Shown here: positions 11,851 through 23,481 of the stretch, one piece after another | Position numbering within the stretch: the stretch's first letter is position 1 | Layout: each line of letters starts with the position of its first letter | Origin: Thraustochytrium aureum | Taxonomy: Eukaryota | NCBI GenBank assembly: GCA_012862495.1 | Contig: BLSG01000391.1 | Span: 293,760 to 357,759, forward strand | DNA: 64,000 nucleotides | Direction of reading: 5' to 3' | Made by a program: the position numbers and the translations under genes | Notes under the pieces: generated by a model | The model's database searches: none | The model's input: the letters and a program-made list of their open reading frames with translations, nothing else | What the model was told of the DNA's origin: nothing

Positions 11851-12747
11851 CTACTGCGCCGTCACGTGGAGCACGCCCATGAGCTTGGTCTGCTCGTCGC
11901 AGCGCGCTTGTTGGCAGTCTGGCCCGCATTGCGCTGGGTCCGGGATCGACGTCGCCGACGCGCACGATCCGGTGAACTGGTCCTTGAGAGCCTGCCAGTA
12001 CGCAACTGAACCCTGCCAGCCAGCCTGGCCCTTTTCGCAAACTTGGTCCGGGTCGTTGACGTAATCAGGCAGGTAGCGCGCGTAGTTGGGCAGCCAGGTG
12101 ATCTGGATCGCGCCTCGACCGAACCAGCAGTTCGCCGTGTCCACTTGCTGGTTGCCCCAGTAGTCGGTGCAGCCCATGGCTGGCCCTGTCTGGTCTGTCG
12201 TGCCGGGAACGACCTTGGGGTCCCAGTCGCCCTGCTTGGCAGGCGTGTAGTCCGAGACCTGGCCGCCGCTGCAGCTGTTGGCAGACCATGCAGGGCAAGG
12301 GCTCGTATGCTCCTTGCACGCCCGGTAGTTGGCCGACTCAAAGTACGTTTGCCCGAGGAACGCGGCCAGAGTCAGGCAGCGCGAGCCAAGGACCTGGCTG
12401 GGAAACTGGTCGACCACATCGAGCCCCTGGTTGTACTCATCGATTGCAGCAAGCAGGTTCGAGAGGGTGTAAAAGTTGTCGCAAACGCCGTTGTCAGGGC
12501 AGCTCCCGGAGCCGTCCCCCACTTGGAGGTTTAGCGCGCTGCCGTTGCCGATGTAGGCGCCGCACTCGCTGAGCGCCTCCTGCAGCGCCTGGGAGCTTGC
12601 GCTGACCGTCGAGTCATGTAGCAAGAGCGCGTTCAGGCTTCCGGACGTCGCGCGGAGCCTGCCCGCAACGCCGTGCGTGACCTCCAGGGCGTTCCCAAGG
12701 CAGCCTGCGCTGGCCACGACGACCGCAGTGCAAAGGACGGCTTTCAT
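11851..12747 (-). CDS. Secreted glycoside hydrolase family 19 (chitinase-like)
   Basis: Hydrophobic signal-like N-term MKAVLCTAVVVASAGCLG; GH19 motifs LAAFLGQTYFES (cf. AAFLAQTSHET), CKE, WFGRGAIQITWLPNY (cf. YYGRGPIQLSWNYNY); Cys-rich. Confidence 0.82.
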   Translation of the reverse strand: MKAVLCTAVVVASAGCLGNALEVTHGVAGRLRATSGSLNALLLHDSTVSASSQALQEALSECGAYIGNGSALNLQVGDGSGSCPDNGVCDNFYTLSNLLAAIDEYNQGLDVVDQFPSQVLGSRCLTLAAFLGQTYFESANYRACKEHTSPCPAWSANSCSGGQVSDYTPAKQGDWDPKVVPGTTDQTGPAMGCTDYWGNQQVDTANCWFGRGAIQITWLPNYARYLPDYVNDPDQVCEKGQAGWQGSVAYWQALKDQFTGSCASATSIPDPAQCGPDCQQARCDEQTKLMGVLHVTAQ

Positions 12748-13111
12748 CGTTCCAAGTTCCAACTCTCGGTTGGGGTTGATGTTCTATGCGGGCACGACGG
12801 ACGGATCCTCCTTGCCGAGTTGCTCAATCGGCGCTCGCTGCACCACGGGCCTGTTCGCATTCGGGCCTTGCCAGATCGCATCGAGCGCCCGAGCGAGCGA
12901 GTAGGGAGCACGTACTCAGGCACCGTAGCGACAGGTGCGAAGAGATGCGGTCATCACAGGAAGAGATCAGCGACGCCAACGGGCCGCAGCGCGACTTCAA
13001 CTTTTTCAATCATCAAGATCAATCAAGAAAGATTTGGCGAGTTCAGGGATACAATCTTGAATGCCGAGAATCTATTCTGAACTGAATCGAATCGTTCAGG
13101 AGTCAGCGGCG

Positions 13112-13643
13112 TGACAGTTGAGTTCTGGATCGGCGAGTCGACTGCACTTTCTCGCTTTGTGAGGCGGTCGAGATTCCTCGCCTCCTGAGGACTTNNNNNN
13201 NNNNNNNNNNNNNNNNNNNNNNNNNNNNNNNNNNNNNNNNNNNNNNNNNNNNNNNNNNNNNNNNNNNNNNNNNNNNNNNNNNNNNNNNNNNNNNNNNNNN
13301 NNNNNNNNNNNNNNNNNNNNNNNNNNNNNNNNNNNNNNNNNNNNNNNNNNNNNNNNNNNNNNNNNNNNNNNNNNNNNNNNNNNNNNNNNNNNNNNNNNNN
13401 NCCCGCTCGTACTTCTCCCCTCCGCTGTGAGGCGCGGGCCCATCGTCCTCCTCATTCTCTAAGAGGACTTTCGAGTCTTGAACGTAGCTCCTCTCTTCCG
13501 ACGACTCAAGTATCGTCGCTCTTGAGGGACATGGTGAGAGGTAAGTCCACGGGTGGAGTAGGACAGGCTGTGAGGGCGCAGCAGGCCAGCATGCATGCGT
13601 CACCTTGTCAAGTGAAAGGTCATTCATTCCTTCATGTGTTGCA
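13112..13643. mobile_element. Candidate solo LTR or gap-collapsed LTR element
   Basis: Starts TG (13112), ends CA (13643), flanked by GGCG on both sides (13108-13111, 13644-13647). Non-coding, contains an N gap and internal similar motifs (TGTGAGGCG...GAGGACTT) on both sides of the gap. Confidence 0.3.
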
Positions 13644-13969
13644 GGCGAGAGAGAGAGCAAGAGAGAGAGAGAGAAAGGACGACTTCTAAGCTAGAGCGAG
13701 CACGCACGCACGCAGGCCTCCTTCATTGGGCTCCTGCTGGCGGACTCGCCTGCGACGGCGCGCGGCTGCGGAGCTGCGGAGCTGCGCCTGCTGCGGCGCG
13801 CCTTGGACTGCTGACGGCGCTCGCTCTCCCGCGGCGGTGCTGGCGCGGGTGCTGCTGCGGGCCCGGAGCGGTCGGCGACGATCTCGACGGCAGCCCGTCC
13901 AACCACTCGTGTGTTCGTTCATCCGTCCGGTGCAGGGCGCCCGAGTCGGCCCGGCGGCGGCGGCCCGCC

Positions 13970-15538
13970 ATGCAGGCCGCGCAGAGCGGAGGCGCGGAGC
14001 GCGGCGTGGTCGCCTTTGTCAGGTCGGCGGCCGACCAGCTTGCGAATAAGGTGACGGACATGGCTGCCAAGCAAAAGGAGGGCGGCGGCGGCGGCGGCGA
14101 CCTCACGTATATCAGCTCGTTCATCGTCAAGGTGCTCGGCCGCGAAGAAGGGCGCGGCGCCGGCGCAGGCAGTGACGACGACCAGAAGCAAAACCTCGAC
14201 CAGTCCTATTCCTCTGTCTCGCTGACCTCGAACGAGTCGGAGGCCGTCGATTCGCCCCCACAGACCGTTCGAGCCCCTGCGCCTGTTCTAGAAGGCCACG
14301 AGTCGGACCAGGACCCGGTCTCAAGCAGCGGCGAGGAAGAGACCACAGAAACTGTCGCAGCCGCCGCCCGCAGCGACGAGCAGCGCCGAGAGTCCCAGCA
14401 GAGCGAGCAAGCCGCGGCGATAGAAACGGACGAGGAGCGCATCATCGCGCGGCTCCCAAAGAGTGCCAAGAAAATGTCAGAGAACGACTGGGCCTTCCCG
14501 ATGGACGAGGTCAAGATCGAAAAGACCATCGCCTCTCCAGGCCAGTTCAGCAAAATACTGCTGGCCAAGTACCGAGACGACAAGGTTTGCGTCAAGCAAG
14601 TCAACGTGCACGACGAGGTGTACGCCGTGACAGAGATCGCGCTGCTGCGATTCCTCTCGCACGAAAACGTGCTCCCACTGCTCGGCGCTGCAAGGCAGAC
14701 CGTCGACGGCTCGCCCACGATCATCGCGGTGACCGAGTTCATGGCGGGCGGGAGCCTCACCGACGCGCTGCGCTCCGACGTCAAGGCGCCAAACAAGAAG
14801 AAAATGGCCTTTGACTGGAAACTTCGCGTCCGCGTCGCTCTGCACGCCGCGCGCGCGATCGAGTACATCCACTCGCACGGCGTCATCCACCGCGACATCA
14901 AGAGCGACAACCTCCTGCTGACCTCGCGCGGCGACGACCTCGTCTGCAAGCTCTCAGACTTTGGGATGGCGCGCGGCGTCTTCGGCAAGCACGAGCTGCA
15001 GGACTCTGACGAGGTTGCGAGCTCTGGCTATTTTGCCGCCTCGCGGCCCGGGCACCGTCGCGCGCAAACGATCTGCGGCACGGACGAGACGATGGCCCCC
15101 GAAATGATGCTGCACGCCGGGGACGAAGGACAGCCTTACACCACGTCCGTGGACATATTCAGCTTCGGGTGCGTTCTCATCGAGCTCTGCAGCAGCCGGA
15201 TGCTCTCGGAGAAGGGGTTTCTGGACCGCACTCCGCAGAACGGGTTCACTTTCCAGGAAGCAGATGTTCGCGCCGCCGCGCTGCCGGCCTGCCCCTTTTC
15301 TCTCCTTGAATTGGCTGTGCACGCTGTGCAAGACGAACCAGGCGAGCGCCTTGCGCCGCGCGAGTGCAGAGAGTGGCTCGATGACCTCACAGCGGAAATG
15401 AGGGCCGGGCCGATCGACCTCGTGGGGTTTTCCTCGCGAGACAAGCTGCGCCGCGGCAGCTCCGCGGCGCAGCTTGCCGCCCTCAAGGACAAGGCAAGCG
15501 CGTCGCAGCCAAAGGCAGGCTGCTGCCTCGTTTCATGA
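13970..15538 (+). CDS. Tyrosine-kinase-like protein kinase (LIMK/TESK-like) with C-terminal CaaX
   Basis: VCVK, HRDIKSDNLL, DFGMAR, TICGTDETMAPE, DIFSFG; acidic disordered N-term; ends GCCLVS-stop. Confidence 0.88.
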   Translation: MQAAQSGGAERGVVAFVRSAADQLANKVTDMAAKQKEGGGGGGDLTYISSFIVKVLGREEGRGAGAGSDDDQKQNLDQSYSSVSLTSNESEAVDSPPQTVRAPAPVLEGHESDQDPVSSSGEEETTETVAAAARSDEQRRESQQSEQAAAIETDEERIIARLPKSAKKMSENDWAFPMDEVKIEKTIASPGQFSKILLAKYRDDKVCVKQVNVHDEVYAVTEIALLRFLSHENVLPLLGAARQTVDGSPTIIAVTEFMAGGSLTDALRSDVKAPNKKKMAFDWKLRVRVALHAARAIEYIHSHGVIHRDIKSDNLLLTSRGDDLVCKLSDFGMARGVFGKHELQDSDEVASSGYFAASRPGHRRAQTICGTDETMAPEMMLHAGDEGQPYTTSVDIFSFGCVLIELCSSRMLSEKGFLDRTPQNGFTFQEADVRAAALPACPFSLLELAVHAVQDEPGERLAPRECREWLDDLTAEMRAGPIDLVGFSSRDKLRRGSSAAQLAALKDKASASQPKAGCCLVS

Positions 15539-15780
15539 CAGGAGCGCTTTTCGTTCGGCGCGAGTTGCGAGCGGCATGTGCGGTGGGAGAGGTTTTGCGC
15601 CACTCCCTTTTAAAAGTTTTGACGTGATAGATTAGTGCGAGATGATGGTAATAGAATTGAATGCGTTGTGTCCTGGTCGATTGATGATCCTCGTCATGAT
15701 CTTGCCTTTCTGCTTTCTATGTTTCAGCGGCTGCTCGCTCGAACGATAGCGCGATTCGTGCAGCGCAGCCAAGGGTTTTG

Positions 15781-16295
15781 CTATGCTTTCTCTTCCTCCT
15801 CCTCATCGTCGTCCTCGTCCATACCAGCAGCACCGGCCGAATCAGAAGCTGCAGGGCCCGCCGCAGCGGACTCTGCCACAGCGTTGCTCTCCCTGCCAGA
15901 TGGCGCTTCCGCGTCCTCCAAGACCTGGCCCGATTCTCCCAAAAAGGGCTTCATCTCCATGGCGTGGCGAGCCTTCAATTCGCTCTCCTTGGTCCGCAGC
16001 AGCTTGAGCAGGCGCTTTTTTTCGCGCTCCGCGCAGGCGTCCCCTTCTTGATCTTATTCCGCTGCCTCCGCAAGTCGCGCTCTTCCAGTCGCCACAGCTT
16101 GCGTTCGTGCTGCTGCCGCCTCTCCACCTCGCCGCGCGTCTCTGCCTTGTCAGAAACAACTTCCACTGCCGCCGGCATGGGCTCATCGACCATCGCGGCA
16201 TCGCCGCCCGCATCCCGGGCCTGAGGCGCGCCAGCCAGGCCGAGCAGGTCTTGGCGCAAGGCTTTGCCACGTTTCGCGCGCTTGGTCTTTCCCAT
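15781..16295 (-). CDS. Small basic/coiled-coil protein with acidic tail (frameshift near 16040)
   Basis: MGKTKRAKRGK...RRQQHERKLWRLEERDLRRQRNKIKKG joined to EKKRLLKLLRTKESELKARHAME...MDEDDDEEEEEKA. Confidence 0.55.
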
Positions 16296-17287
16296 TCCCG
16301 GACCTCCAGGACGCGGCTCTGCGCTCCACAACGACGACTAACGGACGAGAATCACGCCAGGACGCAGCGCCTTGCGCACGTTCGGACGCTGCTTTTTTTC
16401 GCGCCGTCGAGGCCGTTCGCGCGCTGCATCGCGGTGGCCGGCCAGCGCGTCAAATTGGTGGCCTCGCCTTGCATCCCGCGGGGAAACACCGGAGAAACTC
16501 GATCGAGCTCGAGGATGTTGGTCGTCCCATTGCTGGGGCTGCGGCCGTGGCGCTGCGTTTGGTCGCCAGAGCCTTGCCGCATTCGTCGCGCGTCCTGCCG
16601 CTGGGGCGTAGGCCGACGTGCGCCGGCGTGCGTCGAGCTGCCTCGAGCGCGGCGCGCGAATTTGAGCCGCTGCAGGGCGACGGTCTTGCTGGGTGTCCGG
16701 GGCGCTTCCTCGGCTAGCAAGGGGCGGCAGGCCTTGCGTATGTTGTTGCGTATGGGCGGTCTACTGCGGGCTTGGGATGCCTGTTTGGTTGCCTTCCAGG
16801 TTGCTGTTGCTTGTTTACGGCTTGTGCTCGAGCTCCCCAAGGCAGGTTGCCAAGCTGAACACAAACGCAGTTGCGCGCGCCTCCTCGACAGCAGCGACCA
16901 GGGAGCGCGAGTCCGCGTCGCTCTATCCGCCAAGCGAGCACAATGCCTCGCCTCCATCATTCTCCGGGCGCTGTCGTCGGCCAACCGCGACACCTTACCG
17001 CGCGGGATCATGCAACGCTGTCCCAAAATTTTCCAGCGGTTCGGCCGAGCTTCGAAGCTGTGTTCGCGTTGGCATTTGTCCGCGCCTGTCGCCAAGCCCT
17101 GCGCTAGTGCATTGGCTTCTCGAGGAGCGAGCGAGCTGTCTGATCTGCCTCGCCATGGTCGGTCTTCGCCTCGTGATTGAAGTGGACGGCGAAAAGCGTT
17201 CTCCACAGGGAAACGCAACAAAGCGTTTCAGCAAAACGATCCGTTGAAAAGCGGACGATTCAATGGAAAGATTGATCGACTGCCCGT

Positions 17288-17364
17288 GCAGCACAGCAGA
17301 TCAGCACAGCACAGCAGCACAGCAGACAGCAGAGCAGCAGAGCAGCAGAGCAGTTCAGCAGAGC
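17288..17364. repeat. CAG/CAGCA/CAGAG low-complexity repeat
   Basis: Degenerate cagcacagcag...cagagcagcagag array. Confidence 0.75.
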
Positions 17365-17775
17365 TCAAGGAGCTCTCGTTGCTGCAACGCAGCATTTTTG
17401 ATTGGCCAAAGCGCGCCGCACGAGGCCGTGCACGACACGGCGCGAAAGGAAAGCCCAGTGACGCTGGCAAACCAACTCACCACACACTGCGGCGACGCTG
17501 CCAGCCACCGGCAGGGCGGTAAGAAGCCGCTCAGGCAGCGGGTCGTTGCGGAGGAGAGAGAGATCTTGCGCAGAGCTGGGCAGAAAGTCTGCGCCGCGCT
17601 CGAGCATCCCTTGCGTCGAGGCGCCAACAGTTTCGCGGAGCGCGCAGTCGCTGGCATCTGCCGTGCAGCAAGCGACGAACGCCTGCAGCACACGATCTGC
17701 TTCGCAGCGCTGGGCAGTCTGCGCCGCTGAGCGCTCGCGCAACTTGGGCGCGGCTTGCAACCCCACGTCCAAAAC

Positions 17776-20700
17776 ATGTTCGGAGGGGGGTCGAAGCGCA
17801 TCAAGCAGCTCGAAGAAGCTGTGCAGGCGCTCGAGGAGGAACGCCGCAAGCTGCAGGAGCAGGCTTCACAAGCAAAGGCCGAGGTCGCCAAGGCCAACCG
17901 CCGCCCGCGAGGCCGCCGATGAGGCCAGGGCCAAAGCCGTCGCGGAGCGGAATGAACTGGCAACGCGGGCCACCGACGCGGAGTCGACGCTCGCTACGTA
18001 TCAAGCCCAATTCGAGCAGGACGCAGCTGCATGGGCAGAGCGGCTCGAGGAATCCGAGCGCCAGGCAGCGCGCGCGGCGGAGATGGAGCCAGAGCTCGCT
18101 GGACTCAAGGCTGAGCTCGCCAGCATCGAGGAGCGCGAGCAGGCGCGCCAGGAGGAGCTAGACTCTGCAGCAGCCAGACACCGCGAGCAGANNNNNNNNN
18201 NNNNNNNNNNNNNNNNNNNNNNNNNNNNNNNNNNNNNNNNNNNNNNNNNNNNNNNNNNNNNNNNNNNNNNNNNNNNNNNNNNNNNNNNNNNNNNNNNNNN
18301 NNNNNNNNNNNNNNNNNNNNNNNNNNNNNNNNNNNNNNNNNNNNNNNNNNNNNNNNNNNNNNNNNNCGAGCAGATTGAGCAGTTGGAGATCTCTCTCGCT
18401 CAAGCGAACGAGGCCACCGCTGCCCTCGAGCACCGCATTGCCCAAGAGTCTGCAGAGGCGAGCAGGAAAAACCCAAGTGGTAGCCTCTCTATAAACGCCG
18501 CTCCGAGCCCCAAGTCGGACGCGGAGGAGGCCCAAAGCCCGTCCAACGAGCAGCGTGGAGAAAAAGGCGCCTGCGCGAGTCCCAAGCGGAGCCCCATGAG
18601 CTCGAAGCGGAGCCCGAAGCGGAGCCCGAAGCGGAGCCCGAAGAGCCCCAAAACCAGCCCCAAAAGCCCCAAGCGAAGTCCGAAAGCGATGCGCGGCCCA
18701 AAGAGCCCCAAAGCACCAGATTCCCCAGACGCCGGAATTCGCAACAAGATCGGCTTCAGTGAGAACGCCCCAGGTGACGCCGCACTGCCCCCAGGCGACG
18801 GGGACCTGATCGACAAGTACCGTGACGACCTGCTCGGGCTCGACGCCGCTCTGGAACGGGCCATATCTGACCCAGAGCTCGCCGTTCCCGGCGCGGACGG
18901 AGATGGCGCAGAGACCAACATGGAGGCGTTTTTCGAGCAAACGGCAGATGACTCGGCCGCAGCCGGCGCGGCTGAAGCGGCCCAGATCGAGCTGGACAAC
19001 ATGTTTGAGATCGACGGCGACGACATGTTCAGCCTCGGCGTGGAGGTGGAGCCCTCTGGCCAAGTCGTCGATGAAGTCCCAGCGAGCCCAAAGGACGAGA
19101 GCGAGATTAACTCCCTGTCGCAGCCCAGCCTGCCGACGTCAAGGGGCATGCTGCGCGCTCCGTCCAAGGGCGGCAGTTTATCCGTGGAGCTCGGCGAGCA
19201 GTCGAAAAAGATTCGCGCCCAACTCGTTCTGGCAAGGAGCGAACTGACCGCAGCTCGCGAGGAGCAGGAGCGCTTGCGAGACCAGCTCTCCGAGAAAATG
19301 AAGGAGCTTGTTGACCAGGGCGAGAAGAACTATCACCTTTACGAAAAGCTGCAGTCTCTGAAGAGCGCCGAAACTGGCGTGCGGCAGCAGCTGGAAGATA
19401 TGCGCGAGCTAGTCGTGAGGGAGATTGCAGGCCCCGCCGCAGATCCTGCGGCCTACAAGAACGTCTCCAACGAGGAGCTCATGCGCGTCTTCAAGCAAGC
19501 GAGCGAAATCGGCACCAACCGGCCGAGTCGCGCCGCTGGCGTGGTCAACGAAGCAAAGCTGATGCGCCGAGTACGCGCTGCCGCCGCCGAAGAAGAGCAG
19601 CAAGCGACCTCGGACGAGGCAGAGAGGAGCCTTGACATTGACGGCGACTGGGGCGACGACCAAGGCGGAGGCGCGGCGGGCGAGCAAGAGCCAGGCGCTG
19701 CGGCGATCATTTCGCGCGTTGAGGCAATGAGACTTGACGCTGAGATTCGGTTGCTCAAGCAGACCAACAGGAGGCTACAGAACAGGGTTGAGGACATGGA
19801 ACTCACAGAGCGCACCGGGCTGGCCGCGATCGAGTCGATGCAGCAGCTCAAGCGCCGCAGTGACGACCTTGCACAACGGCTCCGGCGAGAACGGGTAAGT
19901 ATTATAGACGTGAATGGAGCGGGATGCTGGGCGGAGGCCATCGAGGGCTATGCCCGGTTCAATCGCCCTGACCATGTGCCCGCGCCGGCTCAACAGGAAA
20001 TGCGCAACAAGTCGGAGGCGGAGCTCACGAAGGCGAGTGAACGCGTCAAAGCGCTCACGCAGCACATCGAAAAACTCATGATCCACCTCAAGCACGAAGC
20101 CGCAGCCAAAAAGATTGCCTCAACCGAAGTCAAGACATACAAGAAGGAGACTGCGCTCCTGCGGCAGCGGAACGCTGCTCTTGCAAAGAAGGCTGCTGCG
20201 AAAGAGCGGCTTTTGAACGAGCTCAGGGAGGGCTCGCGCATTCTCGAGGACCAGCTGCGCCTCATGGACCAAAAGTATGTCCAGCTTCGCACAAAGCTGG
20301 ACTGGACCCGGGCCACATCAAACCGCGAGGTGAAAAAGATCCAGCAGGAGGCCAACAAGCTCCGCGCAAGCTTTGCACTTGCCTTTAGTCAAGCGAGCAC
20401 GAGCACGGACGGCGCGCTCGCGTTCAATCTCCAGGGACTGCTTGGCGGCGGCGCATCTCGCAACGTAGACGAGTCTGAGTGCGAGTCGAGCGAGAACGAC
20501 GACGACGACGAAGAGGGCGAGGATGGAGAGGAGCTGGGCGACCAAGACGACCAGGAAGAGGCGAAGGCCACCTCGGACGACGTCGAAAGGTTCGGAACCG
20601 CGAGCACAAACGCGTCATCAAAGCGAGCGGCTGGAAATACCTTGCTTGGAGTTTCGCGCACAGGATCAAAGACGCCACCGTCAGCAATCCATGGAAAGGT

Positions 20701-20815
20701 CTCCAACCAAGCTGCTGCCGGACGCGGCGAGCTTGGCCAGGACTCTCGCGCAGCGCTACCGGCGATCGAGTCTATCATTCCGCAAGGTTCTGAGAGGTAC
20801 AAGCCACGGCAGTAG
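17776..20815 (+). CDS. Large coiled-coil protein with SPK(R) repeats; one intron (19895-19996), frameshift near 17897, N gap
   Basis: ATG 17776 MFGGGSKRIKQLEEAVQALEEE; heptad-rich segments; LTQHIEKLMIHLKHEAAAK...ILEDQLRLMDQKYVQLRTKLDW; intron GTAAGT...CTGAC...CAG. Confidence 0.75.
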
Positions 20816-21397
20816 GCAAAGGAGGCTGTGTAGCACGCTGGGTCGGCGATTGTCCATGACATAAACGAGTGCCCATGAAANNNNNNNNNNNNNNNNNNNN
20901 NNNNNNNNNNNNNNNNNNNNNNNNNNNNNNNNNNNNNNNNNNNNNNNNNNNNNNNNNNNNNNNNNNNNNNNNNNNNNNNNNNNNNNNNNNNNNNNNNNNN
21001 NNNNNNNNNNNNNNNNNNNNNNNNNNNNNNNNNNNNNNNNNNNNNNNNNNNNNNNNNNNNNNNNNNNNNNNNNNNNNNNNNNNNNNNNNNNNNNNNNNNN
21101 NNNNNNNNNNNNNNNNNNNNNNNNNNNNNNNNNNNNNNNNNNNNNNNNNTCATACCTAGCCCCTGCGCTTTTCTTTTTCTTTCTTTTCAGTGTTGAACAA
21201 GTGATTGAAATCAATCAAGGACAGCCCGGGTTTCAGTTTTGCCAGCATCTTGTGCCGAGCACACGGCCAGGCGGTGCGCTGTCTGCTGTCGTCTGCGATA
21301 CTTTGTTATAAAAGAGCCTGAGGGTGAAGTCGAGTTTGAAATGTGGTGTTCTCTACTAGCTCTCTACTAGAGAGTTCGTCAAAAGCAAGGTCGCGAA

Positions 21398-23481
21398 TCA
21401 CTCGCAGGCTAGCTTCGAGTCGAAGGAACTAAGGCAGATCGCAAAGGCCTGCAAAGGCGAGAGCGGCCAGGCCAAGTCCGCCGTGAACAGGTCCTTGCCA
21501 ACGCGGCCAAACTGGAGCACGATCGTGTCCTCGTCCTCAGGCGAAATAAGCTGAAAGTTCTTGACCGAAGCCATCGTGACTCGGCCATTAAAGTTGAGGA
21601 CAAACGCCGATACGTGATCGTTCCAGCGAGGCGGCTTGTTCACAAGCTCGACCAGGTCGTTCATGTCGCGGTCCTTGAAGCGCGTCACGAGCTCGTCCGC
21701 CTTGCGCGTTGGCCGCACCTGGACGCGCTTGCCCTCCGAGCTGACCTTGGGGATGGCCACCTTCATCTTGCGCGGGCCGCGGGAGCCGAGCACATTGCTG
21801 GCGTACAAGACGCAGCCGAGCTCCTCGCGCACCGGGGTCGCCCCGACGTGAAGCGAGTCTGGGTCGGCGTGCTTGGGGTTGACGCCGTGGTCAAAGATCT
21901 GAAACTCGGTCCCGATGAAGTTGGCGCGGAGCTTGCCAATAAAATTGCCGCTCCCCTTGTTCAGGTCTTTGGGGTCCATGGAGATCGAGTAGTTGCTGGT
22001 GCGGTTTTTGGCACGCTTCTTGGCGGCCATCAGGAACCTGTCGCCCTCTTTCAAGAAAAGGTGGTACTCGGGAAAGAGCCGGCTCGAGCCAGCCTTGGAC
22101 CGCTCGATGTAGCACTGCACGGTGCCCGCCGATTTGGGCACCGCGTTCATGAGAAACGCTCGCATGTCGGTGAAATCAAACTTGTGAGCAGAAGAGGAAC
22201 TGCCAGCCTTGCCGATCGGTCGCTCCACGGCCTCATACTCGTCTTCGCTTGACTTGCGGCCCGCGTCTTCGTCCTCCTCCTCTTCGTTCAGGGCAATGTG
22301 CTTGCGCGCGGCCGGCGCCTTCTTTGCGCGCGAGTTCGAACGGGACCGCTGCGCCTCAGCCACCTCTTCGCTAACGTCTTCCTCGTCATCTTCGTTGTTG
22401 AACGACCGCCTGGCGAGGCTTGGCTCGGCCTGCTTTGACTCTGGCTCTCGTGCGGACTGCTTTCGGCTCGACCGAGACTTGTCTGCTTCCTGCCGTTGAA
22501 GGGGTTTGGCGCTCGTGGCTTTCTTCGAGGGCCTGGATGCTCTGCTCGTGGTCTCGGCCTCCTCTTCCTCGTCGGCTGACTCTTCTTCTTCGTCAGCAGC
22601 TGCGCGGCGCCGGGGTGCCGCAGCAGGTCGGCGTTCTTCACCGCTTGCTGCTGCTCAAACTCCGCCTCCTCGTCTTCAAGACCGGCTTCCTCGTCGACGC
22701 TGAGCTGCTTGCTCCTGGACGAGGTCGACTTGGACTTGCTCGAAGACCGTGGCCTGGAGGACGAACTGGTCGGCTTTGAGCGCGCCGACTTGGACGACGA
22801 CGACGAAGACGTGGAGGAGCGCGTCTTGGACGAGCTGCTGCTCTTGCGAGCGACAGGCTCCGGATCGGGTGTGGGGTCGTACGAGGCCTGCAAGCCGCGC
22901 TTGAGCAGGTCCTGCTCGACCTTTGACTCGACGGTGTGTACGCGAGCGGGGGGCGACTCGTCCTTGGTCTCGTCCTCGACGGCGTTTGGATGGGAAAACC
23001 GTTGCTGCTCGCGCTGCGCGCCGTTGTTTGAGTGCGATTGGACGTTGGCGACGCGCGGATCAAAGGCTGGTTCATGGTGCGAGTTCGACTCGGGCACGCG
23101 CGCATGCAGCGACTCGTAAACGCCGCCATAAGCACCGCTTACATTGCGTCCAGATCCGCGAAAGCTGTCGGCGTACCCGGTGCGCTTCACGACAGGCCGC
23201 TCGTCGAGGTCGTCCTCGCCCTCGAGCGGGTCGATGGTCTTGGGCGCTGAAAAGTTGCGCGTCCTGTTGGAGCTGATGGAGCGCGAGGCGCCCGTAAAGG
23301 CCCGATTCGTCTGCACGGCCCCGGACTGCCCTCGGCGTTGCTGCATCTTTTGCCTGGCACGCTCCTTTTGCTGTTCGAGCGCTCTCTGTCGCTGCGCCAT
23401 GTTGGAGAGGTCGCCAGCGTACCCGGCAGACTTGCTCTCCACCTCTGCGTCCATCTCAAAGTCATCGTCCCGCCGAAGCAT
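21398..23481 (-). CDS. TULP: Tubby-like protein (frameshifts about 22500-22625)
   Basis: Tubby domain FLMAAKKR, TSNYSIS, GKLRANFIGTEF, RGPRKM, NKPPRWN, LNFNGRVTMASVKNFQ, LQFGRVGKD.FT.D, PLSPLQAFAICLSSFDSKLACE; N-term RQRALEQQKERARQK. Confidence 0.93.

Noticed and set aside
16350..17250. Possible small minus-strand gene
   Set aside because: Only a short coding-like stretch (SDADSRSLVAAVEEARATAFVFSL...) with no consistent frame or homology I can support.
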